64,000 nucleotides of DNA, taken from positions 32,001 to 96,000 of the IMG/VR virus record IMGVR_UViG_3300031957_001682, one strand, 5' to 3'. Shown here in pieces: positions 37,724 to 45,183 of this stretch (position 1 is the stretch's first letter; each line of letters opens with the position of its first letter). A program made the position numbers and the translations under genes. This DNA comes from a virus. The notes below the pieces were generated by a model. The model did not search any database, had not been told where the DNA came from, and saw only the letters and a list, made by a program, of their open reading frames with translations.

Positions 37724-39241
37724 ATGGGCCGACATGTTGCTGTGCGTAAAGCACCTACTCCGGCTGATGCTGGGGGTGCAGTTGCAGGTCGAGCCGCCGG
37801 AGGCGGTATAGGTAGTGCCATAGGTGGTGTTTTAGGTTCTATTATCCCCGGTGCTGGCACTGCGGCTGGTGCTTCTGCTGGTGGTGCAGTTGGTGGTGCA
37901 GTTGGTGGTGCAGTTGGAAAAGTTGGTGCTAAGAAAATTGCTGTTGGAGCCGCTGAAATGGCACAAAATCAAGCCAATGCTCAAGCCGCTCAATCACAAC
38001 AAACCATGCAGAATAACATTCAAAGCGCAAAGGACACGGCTCAACAAGCCAAAGACCAAGCCGGTATCGAAAAGGCTTGGAAGTTTCCAGCAAGAATGAT
38101 GCACCCGGAATTTAAATCATATCGGGATAGCATTATTGAGCGGGCTAAAAAAGCACCTCGACAAGATGAAGATTTTCGTCAAAACCAGCATTGGAATGAA
38201 CGCATGGGTCATAAAGAAGGCAGACCCCAAGAGGCTCGCTACATTCCAAACCAACACTTTGAACATGAAGATGAAGTACACAACATTACTCCATTTCAAG
38301 TTGCTTATGCTACATTGCAACACATGAAAGAAAATAGGTTAATTGATGAAGACAATCACGATGCTGTAGCATTGCGGGAATTACTTCATACTGACCAACC
38401 ACACCCCGACCCTAATCAAATGGAAAGTGGTATGGCTCACATATTTTCTCCTGTAATGGATATTAGGACTATGAGGGGTAAATCAGCACACGCTCAACCA
38501 TTTATTGACCCAAAGGGTGCAAAAACACAGCATATTTACGCACAAGATGTAGTAAAACCCGATAATCTTTCATATTCATCACAAGAAAAAATTGCTGTGC
38601 GACCAAAATCAATTGTAAATGAATATATGCCCGGTAAAAGAGCAAAACCAAGTGAAGAAGAACTTATTGACAGTTTTATTGACACTCCGGCAAGTAAATT
38701 ACAAAGAAATTTTGGTATTGAAGACAATAGACTTGCAGGGCAAGAATATATTGCTCAAAGAAAATATGAAAAAGAACAAGCCAAACAACAAGCGGCTCAA
38801 CAGGCTCAACAAGAAGCACAGGCTAAAGAAGAACAATTTCAACAACAACCAATAACAGTAAATGATATGGGCGGTGTGTACTTTGTCACAGACCCCGCTT
38901 ACGGTTATAATGGTGAAATGATGGATTATCAACAATTAGTTCAAGGTGGGTATGACAAATATCTTAACAATGATAACAAAAGTGAACCAATGGACTTAGC
39001 GTGGCAAATGTTGTTTAAAGCGGGTGTTGAAGTTCACCACGATGAACCACTGCCGCAAGAGTTTACTCAAGACATTACTACACTTGACCGTCAACACAAA
39101 ATGGTTCCAACAGAAAACGGCACTATGATTGACAATATCAGCCCACACATGCTCCGTACCATTGAACTAATGGCGCAAAATCACAAAGATGATGATACTT
39201 TCACACCTAAACCATTTAAAATGCCTACAACTTTTCATTGA
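37724..39241 (+). CDS. Modular protein with N-terminal glycine zipper and internal cargo tag
   Basis: VAVRK-A; GGGIGSAIGGVLGSIIPGAGTAAGASAGGAVGGAVGG; SEPMDLAWQMLFK-A at 38984-39019. Confidence 0.65.
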   Translation: MGRHVAVRKAPTPADAGGAVAGRAAGGGIGSAIGGVLGSIIPGAGTAAGASAGGAVGGAVGGAVGKVGAKKIAVGAAEMAQNQANAQAAQSQQTMQNNIQSAKDTAQQAKDQAGIEKAWKFPARMMHPEFKSYRDSIIERAKKAPRQDEDFRQNQHWNERMGHKEGRPQEARYIPNQHFEHEDEVHNITPFQVAYATLQHMKENRLIDEDNHDAVALRELLHTDQPHPDPNQMESGMAHIFSPVMDIRTMRGKSAHAQPFIDPKGAKTQHIYAQDVVKPDNLSYSSQEKIAVRPKSIVNEYMPGKRAKPSEEELIDSFIDTPASKLQRNFGIEDNRLAGQEYIAQRKYEKEQAKQQAAQQAQQEAQAKEEQFQQQPITVNDMGGVYFVTDPAYGYNGEMMDYQQLVQGGYDKYLNNDNKSEPMDLAWQMLFKAGVEVHHDEPLPQEFTQDITTLDRQHKMVPTENGTMIDNISPHMLRTIELMAQNHKDDDTFTPKPFKMPTTFH

Positions 39242-39307
39242 GGGATAGTATGGAATGGCGTTATTGGGCTGATGCTGTACTTGCTGTTTGTTTAATTCCT
39301 ATTTTAC

Positions 39308-40153
39308 TCATTGCAATAACGGTACTTTATGTTCCTTTTCGTTTAATGCAATTTGTTGTGCGATAGTTGATGCAACTTTAAGTGTGTCAATGCACACACC
39401 GGTTTCAAAACCCCATACATTAAGATGCAATACCAGTGTTTCGGTTGACAAGTTTGCTCCACTATTGTCAACAAACGGACAACCGCCGAGTCCACCGATG
39501 CTTGAGTCAAACTCACGAACACCAGCCATAAGACCCGCACGAATTAGTTGCAATGCTTTTTCTTCGTCACCTTTGTGATGTAAATGCAATGCGGGAGTCA
39601 TACCTTCGAGTATAGCCATCTCGGACCACAAATGTACCTCTTCTCTTGTTCCTACCCCCACTGTATCAGCAAACACTACAGTATTGCCAAACATTTTTGC
39701 ATCTTTAATGCACGATTGCATGGTTAATGGGGAAACTTGACCACTGAATGGACTACCAAACGCCATGCTGATGTACACACGCACATTTTCCTTTGGTGTT
39801 TTATCCAAGAATGTTTTGTACATCAACACAAGTTCACTTCGGGTTTTTCGCATGTTTTTCATGTTGAAGGTTTCACACGGGCTAATGACTATGTTGATTT
39901 TTTTAGCACCAACAGCAATGGCTCGGTCAAAACCACGCTTGTTCATGACAAGCGCACCGCCACGCTGATACACTTTTTCAGCATCAGCCATTTGCGGCAC
40001 AAGTTTTGGGTGTGCAAAACTAACTTCTTCAATTTCTGTCAAGCCAGCGTCGTATAATGCATCAATAAGTTCGGTTTTTTTAGAAGTGGGTATTGGAAAT
40101 TTAAGTGATTGCAAACCGTCACGAGGGCCAACCTCGTACACGGTCACTTTCAT
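39308..40153 (-). CDS. hmgL: Hydroxymethylglutaryl-CoA lyase (auxiliary metabolic gene)
   Basis: EVGPRDGLQ, SFAHPKLVPQMADA, ADTVGVG, HLH, GGLGGCPF...GANLSTE (DRE-TIM metallolyase with catalytic Cys). Confidence 0.9.
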   Translation of the reverse strand: MKVTVYEVGPRDGLQSLKFPIPTSKKTELIDALYDAGLTEIEEVSFAHPKLVPQMADAEKVYQRGGALVMNKRGFDRAIAVGAKKINIVISPCETFNMKNMRKTRSELVLMYKTFLDKTPKENVRVYISMAFGSPFSGQVSPLTMQSCIKDAKMFGNTVVFADTVGVGTREEVHLWSEMAILEGMTPALHLHHKGDEEKALQLIRAGLMAGVREFDSSIGGLGGCPFVDNSGANLSTETLVLHLNVWGFETGVCIDTLKVASTIAQQIALNEKEHKVPLLQ

Positions 40154-40350
40154 TCAATTCCCTTCCTCATACCGTTCCAGCACCCTTCTTCCAATTCTTC
40201 TTTAGTAGAAAAGTAAATTACATCACTACCGAGGTCATCAAATAAAAACCATACAAAAGCAAAACCCGCAATAAAAGCAAGTCCAAAAAAAAGCCACAAA
40301 CTCATGTTGTAAGACAGTGCGGTGTAGAAATTAAACCTTTCGCTAATCAC
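40150..40350 (-). CDS. Small single-TM protein
   Basis: LWLFFGLAFIAGFAFVWFLF; coupled to neighbours. Confidence 0.55.
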   Translation of the reverse strand: MISERFNFYTALSYNMSLWLFFGLAFIAGFAFVWFLFDDLGSDVIYFSTKEELEEGCWNGMRKGIE

Positions 40351-41291
40351 TGTCCACCAATAAATGGCGAAGTGCTTCTTGCGGCTCGGCCTTGCATACG
40401 AGGTGTGACTCTTGGCTCATCCATTTGTCCACGCTTGTTTTGACGAGGACTTCCTCTTAAGTTTGTTGAAGCAATGTTATGTGCCGCTGGATTGTTTTCA
40501 TGAAGTGGTTCATTTTCATATTCACTCTCTACATCGTCATCATACATTTGATTTAGGTCAAAAATACTTCCGCCCTCATCGTATGTTCTATCGACTATAT
40601 CCGGCTTACCCGCTTTACGACCTGCGCCAGCGGCCCAATCATGCAAACTATTTTGTAAGTGTTGAGTTGTAACGGGTTTTTGAGTGAATGGGTTTTCAAA
40701 TGGGCCTAATCGGTTTAAATGACCTACATACTCGTCATGCCAATCGGGGTCATGTGAGGCCATTTCATTACTTATGTCATCACTACCAACAGGAGGTCTG
40801 CCGGAACTTCCAGCCCGGCCTTCGTTTGGGGCTGGACCCCTGCCGCCAATTGAACGACTCATAGGCATACCTGTTTCATCCATTTCCGGCATACCCATTG
40901 CATCCATTTCATCGGCTTCGGGTTGTTGACCCATGCGGGCAAGAGTTTGTCGGTCAAGGTCGTCTTGTAATCTTTCAAAGTGACTTTCTTCACCTTCATG
41001 ACCCATAGCGTTAATGAGTTGGTCCTCTATTTCCTTTTGATTGAGCCTTTGGTTATCTAAAAATGCCATAGCGTCAGCCATACTGTTAATATGTGGAGTT
41101 TGAGTACCCGCCATTTCAATTTCATTTAATGCATGTTTTTGTCTGCTTGCGGCATCAACACGCCTATCAGTCAAATCTTGTGGACTCAAACTTCTTGCAG
41201 GGTTATCGCCGTCTATGGTTGGTGGGGGTAAATTTAGTTCGTGACCACGCTGTTTCAATAGCATCCACGCTTGATTAAAAGGGGCGACCAT
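40347..41291 (-). CDS. Acidic, largely disordered protein with N-terminal cargo tag
   Basis: Starts MVAPFNQAWMLLK-Q. Confidence 0.65.
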   Translation of the reverse strand: MVAPFNQAWMLLKQRGHELNLPPPTIDGDNPARSLSPQDLTDRRVDAASRQKHALNEIEMAGTQTPHINSMADAMAFLDNQRLNQKEIEDQLINAMGHEGEESHFERLQDDLDRQTLARMGQQPEADEMDAMGMPEMDETGMPMSRSIGGRGPAPNEGRAGSSGRPPVGSDDISNEMASHDPDWHDEYVGHLNRLGPFENPFTQKPVTTQHLQNSLHDWAAGAGRKAGKPDIVDRTYDEGGSIFDLNQMYDDDVESEYENEPLHENNPAAHNIASTNLRGSPRQNKRGQMDEPRVTPRMQGRAARSTSPFIGGQ

Positions 41292-41400
41292 GTTAATCGC
41301 AGGTAAATCAAATACTTAACGATTAAGAAACATTTGATTATTCAATGTGATATAAGACCACGAAATAAACACAACCACTAAAAGGGCCAATGCTAATGCG

Positions 41401-42429
41401 TCACTGCGGGTTATTTCCTTGCCTTTCATAAAAACCTTGATTATTATAATATCCGTCGTACAACGGAGGGGATTCATTTTCAAAATTTGGGTCAAATCTT
41501 TGTTGCTTGGTATTTCTTGCCATTGGTTGTGTGGTATCATACTTCGCCGTTTCCGCTATATGACCTTGACCTCGCCTAATTTTAAGTCTGTCTTGTTCGG
41601 CTAACTCATCCATGTTTCTTGCTTGATTTTTTTGATTGACGATAGGAATTGCACCGTAATCTTGTCTGTTTAATCCACTACGCTGTCCTCGTGCATCAAG
41701 GAACTGTGGTACATCTTGCCGTTGATAACCAAGTGCTTGATGATGACTACCATCATCTTCTGTAAGGTGGTCACCTTTAATATTCGCTGGTAAATTTTGC
41801 ATAAATTTACGATGGAATGGGTCGGATTGGTAGTTTCGTTCGTTTGATACTATTGGAATACCTGCTCCAATTAAGGCTTGCATTAAATTCCTGTACATAT
41901 TTTGTCTTCGATATGGTTCCGGTGTACTACCGTAAAAATCATGGATTTGTGGGTTGTATTTATCTCCACCATGTCCCGATATTTGTGAAAGCACTTCACC
42001 TTCATCATTTACAAGTGAAAAATCTTTCTTACCACGATTATTATCACGAGGTGATATCTCAATTCGGGAGGGAACAGCCTCACGACGATTACTTTCACGA
42101 CCCATTCTCGCATTTAATTTTCGCTGTTCCGATACCTTTGGGTCACGATTTATACTACCATCGTTTTCAAATGTGGTTTGAAATGGCTGGTTTTTGGGCC
42201 ACGGGTAATCGGGATTTTTCTTAGTCATCATTCCAGCGAGTATTCGTTCTGCTGATTCTTCAATTAGTTCATCATACCTTTCATCAGTCATCCAGTGCGG
42301 TTGTGGATTTGCGCCTCTTGCCAACTCATACGCTTTATGTTGCAATTGAAGATTGATTTCTTCCACCAGTGTTAGCGGGTACGGCTCATTTTTCAACAAA
42401 GCCCATGCAGAATTGAATGGACCTTCCAT
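41401..42429 (-). CDS. Cargo-tagged protein with GNAT-like acetyltransferase domain
   Basis: Starts MEGPFNSAWALLK-N; contains HDFYGSTPEPYRRQNMYRNLMQAL (acetyl-CoA-binding motif A-like). Confidence 0.55.
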   Translation of the reverse strand: MEGPFNSAWALLKNEPYPLTLVEEINLQLQHKAYELARGANPQPHWMTDERYDELIEESAERILAGMMTKKNPDYPWPKNQPFQTTFENDGSINRDPKVSEQRKLNARMGRESNRREAVPSRIEISPRDNNRGKKDFSLVNDEGEVLSQISGHGGDKYNPQIHDFYGSTPEPYRRQNMYRNLMQALIGAGIPIVSNERNYQSDPFHRKFMQNLPANIKGDHLTEDDGSHHQALGYQRQDVPQFLDARGQRSGLNRQDYGAIPIVNQKNQARNMDELAEQDRLKIRRGQGHIAETAKYDTTQPMARNTKQQRFDPNFENESPPLYDGYYNNQGFYERQGNNPQ

Positions 42430-42469
42430 AGCAGTGCTATGACTTACCTGTATAAAAAATCCGCTTTCA

Positions 42470-42890
42470 AATTTTTTTTTATAAAACGCCGTGTGTGGTT
42501 AAAAGAAGTGCTATGGGAGGTGCTATGGGTATTTCTCCTTCTAAGGGGGGTGCTATGGGGGTGTGCTATGGCCGCAGTACCCCGTTCTATAGACCGCACC
42601 CCGTTGCTGTGCTATGGTACAGGGCGGGTGGCACAGGGGCGGGCGGGCGTGTGTCGCTTCCCTTCTATAGACCGCCCCATTGCGGGCCTGTATGCGGGGG
42701 CGCATAGCGTTCTATAGATACCGATGTACAACTCGCACGCCCCCTTGCCTAACCCGCCATAGCCTAACCCGCCGCTTGGCGCACCCCCATGAATAGCGGC
42801 CCTTGACCCAACCCATATAGGTGCGGTTGCACCTATCCATTACCTGCGCTATGTGCTGTGCGCTATGGGGAGTCGAATCGAGGTACTGAA
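42470..42890. repeat. GC-rich non-coding strand-switch region with iterated motifs (candidate genome end/pac/origin)
   Basis: GTGCTATGG at 42508, 42520, 42550, 42563, 42609; GCGCTATG at 42846, 42860; TTCTATAGA at 42585, 42663, 42710; T9 tract at 42472. Confidence 0.65.
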
Positions 42891-42892
42891 TG

Positions 42893-42928
42893 GCAATTGC
42901 ATATAAAGGACTAAAGAAACGGGAGTTG
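42893..42928 (+). promoter_or_regulatory. Early promoter copy 1 (TATAAAGGACTAAAGAAAC)
   Basis: TATAAA at 42902, ATG 27 nt later; same motif recurs 7 more times. Confidence 0.7.
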
Positions 42929-43798
42929 ATGCCACAAGTTACCGATGCCATTGCCCAGCCTGCCTATGACCGAACCGCCGCTCGTGGTACACAGTTCACC
43001 CCTGTGTTCCGAGCCATTGGAGCCTTCCTTGACTCCACTGCCAAGCGTGTGTCCCTGCCCGTCAAGTTCGACGCTCAAGGCGTGATTGACTTCACCTCCA
43101 CGCCGGACACCAAAGCCGGTGATGACCCCACCGCTTGGGTTCCAGCCGCTTCGACCTTCGTGACCTACACTCGTGCCGAGATGCGTACTCACATGAACAC
43201 CGTTGTTGCCATGTGCTTCAAGCACGCACCATCCACTGCGTTCACGAGCAAGGTTCCCGACCGGTCCTCGTATACCTACGCTGACCTCGTTGCCATCCTC
43301 TCCCACGACTACACCGTGAGCAAGGGTGATAACAAGGGCCAAGTTCGCAACCTCGTTGCCCACACAGGAGCCTCCGCTCGCAGTGCCATCAACCGCACCA
43401 TCAAGGCCGGTGTCGTTGAGTTGGCCGTCGTTGAAGGCACTGCTTGGATGGCCGAGGGAGTCGTTGACAAACAAGGCAACCCCACTCCGTTCACCTCCGA
43501 GAAGAAGGCTCGCAAAGCCCACGCTCGACAGGCTCACAAGGACTCCGGTGCTGACGGCGAGTGGTACTCCGACGCTGACCGCAAGGCGGCGTACCTCAAG
43601 AACGCCGTTGTCGCCAAGTTCGACCCCGCTGGCATTGCCTCCGCAGTGAGCATCTATGCCATGTCCCACATCCAAGTGCGACAACTCGCCAAGAAAGCGG
43701 GCGCACCAGCCGATGTGTCCACCGGTGCAGGTGCAACACAGCGTTGCATTGCATGGTTCGAGGCTGACTTGGCTCGCCTCGACCTCGCCAATGCTTGA
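42929..43798 (+). CDS. First early gene, unknown function, strongly codon-biased
   Basis: Start re-placed at ATG 42929 by promoter spacing; C/G-ending codon bias; Ala/Lys/Thr-rich. Confidence 0.75.
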   Translation: MPQVTDAIAQPAYDRTAARGTQFTPVFRAIGAFLDSTAKRVSLPVKFDAQGVIDFTSTPDTKAGDDPTAWVPAASTFVTYTRAEMRTHMNTVVAMCFKHAPSTAFTSKVPDRSSYTYADLVAILSHDYTVSKGDNKGQVRNLVAHTGASARSAINRTIKAGVVELAVVEGTAWMAEGVVDKQGNPTPFTSEKKARKAHARQAHKDSGADGEWYSDADRKAAYLKNAVVAKFDPAGIASAVSIYAMSHIQVRQLAKKAGAPADVSTGAGATQRCIAWFEADLARLDLANA

Positions 43799-43828
43799 GC
43801 CGGTCACCGTCGTTGACTGACGCTCCCT

Positions 43829-43907
43829 CTCACCCCCGCAGGGGGTGAGTTCCCCTCACGGGGTCGCCGCCCTCACCCCCGCTTCGGCGGAGGTGGGGGC
43901 TTTTTTT
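43829..43907 (+). terminator. Three tandem GC hairpins ending in a cUUCGg stem-loop plus T7
   Basis: ctcaccccc-gca-gggggtgag (43829-43849); cccc-tcac-gggg; gccctcacccccgc-ttcg-gcggaggtgggggc-ttttttt (43869-43907). Confidence 0.8.
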
Positions 43908-44214
43908 ATTTCGATTTCCCCATAGCGTGTGCGCTGGGGGTTCCAGCGACCTCACTGCGCCTGTACGATTCGACAGCCTTGTTCGCATCGTCGCTTCCAC
44001 CCATATAGGTTGGACTCTTCACGGCTCTCATGCGTTTCCGCCTGTGCTGAAAATGATTTCTTGTAGTGCGAGCGAGAGCCAAACCCAGACCGCTGTGGTA
44101 TAACGGGCGGGCGATGACCTGCTTCTTCCATCTCATGCAGTAGTAAGTTATCACTTACTCACTTTCCTATACAAGTGGAAGCATGATGAGTGCTAAAGTA
44201 AAACCAACCATCCC

Positions 44215-44390
44215 CATGTTTGTCATGTTTCTCATCACTCATGTCACCGTTTTGACAATCGTACAATACTCACTACTCATAGTACCTTACTCTCTATTAT
44301 TATAATGAGTGTAGGTATAGTGTAAATGACAATCGTATCGTTCGTCAAATGTTTGACATGGGTATTGACATACATGACAATTATGACACG
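44215..44390. repeat. Non-coding TGACA/TGTCA element, copy B
   Basis: tgacaatcgta x2, aatgacaa (44325), gtcaaatgtttgac (44344), atgacaattatgaca (44374); same motif order as 34803-34935. Confidence 0.7.
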
Positions 44391-44417
44391 CATTACTTGA
44401 TGATGAAAACGATGGAC

Positions 44418-44459
44418 TGAAAGCCAATCTTATTTAAAGGACTAAAGAAACGGAAACTG
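44418..44459 (+). promoter_or_regulatory. Early promoter copy 2
   Basis: ctgaaagccaat-ctta-TTTAAAGGACTAAAGAAACGG, ATG 27 nt after TTTAAA. Confidence 0.7.
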
Positions 44460-44708
44460 ATGAAGCCAATCAATCAACAAACCTTAACCCCAACAAATGC
44501 GTTGGGTGCAGACATAAACCCAACAGTTGTCACATGGTCGTGGGAATCACGCATCGTGGACCGCTACGGTATGCCCACTGATGAAACCAAGACTTACCAC
44601 TCCGAGTTCACGGTCATGAACTCGCTCGACCTTGAGTGTATCATTGAAGTCCTCAACAGTCCACACACCGGAACCACCTGTGTATCAGTCGTGGAGGTGA
44701 CAGCATGA
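44460..44708 (+). CDS. Hypothetical protein
   Basis: Follows the promoter; ends VEVTA (RBS of next gene). Confidence 0.65.
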   Translation: MKPINQQTLTPTNALGADINPTVVTWSWESRIVDRYGMPTDETKTYHSEFTVMNSLDLECIIEVLNSPHTGTTCVSVVEVTA

Positions 44709-44995
44709 CCATGACATTGAGATACTTCCGTGTGACATTCTATCACCAAGACTTCCACATCGCAACCACCATCAACAACCTCAACATGGGCATTGATGAG
44801 AACACAGATGTAACAAAGGCTCAAGCCATCTATGACATTCGTTATGTGGCAAGCATCAAGTTGCGTGACAACCTTCCTTTCGTTGGGTTGGGTGGCATGG
44901 GTGACTGGTTCATCAAGCACGCAAAGGCAATCACCATTGATGAACTCAAAGGCGATGGCACAAACAACTGGGTCAAGACCGAGGTGGTTGCATGA
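44705..44995 (+). CDS. Hypothetical protein
   Basis: GGAGGTGA RBS, ATGA coupling. Confidence 0.65.
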   Translation: MTMTLRYFRVTFYHQDFHIATTINNLNMGIDENTDVTKAQAIYDIRYVASIKLRDNLPFVGLGGMGDWFIKHAKAITIDELKGDGTNNWVKTEVVA

Positions 44996-45147
44996 GCATC
45001 AGCACATGGGCCATGAAGAACGGACTGATTCAATGTATGGGATGCAAAGGCTACGACCAGTCGCATCACATGACATGGTATCACAACAAGAAGTACGGCA
45101 CTGCCTTTCCATATTGCACAATAGAATGCCACCAAAACGATGACTGA
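44992..45147 (+). CDS. Small Zn-finger-like protein (51 aa, not in the ORF track)
   Basis: GAGGTG RBS; CMGC...YCTIEC. Confidence 0.5.
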   Translation: MSISTWAMKNGLIQCMGCKGYDQSHHMTWYHNKKYGTAFPYCTIECHQNDD

Positions 45148-45154
45148 ATACCGA

Positions 45155-45183
45155 ACTGATATAAAGAACAAAAGAAACAGGAG
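45155..45183 (+). promoter_or_regulatory. Early promoter copy 3
   Basis: tgaTATAAAGAACAAAAGAAAC, ATG 24 nt after TATAAA. Confidence 0.7.

Noticed and set aside
42911-43807. 298-aa minus-strand ORF exactly antisense to the first early gene
   Set aside because: Expected shadow of strong codon bias on the plus strand; the plus-strand gene has the promoter and terminator
43800-44210. tRNA or other known structured RNA in the non-coding gap
   Set aside because: No cloverleaf with a T-loop GTTC motif and matching acceptor stem found; only hairpins are supportable
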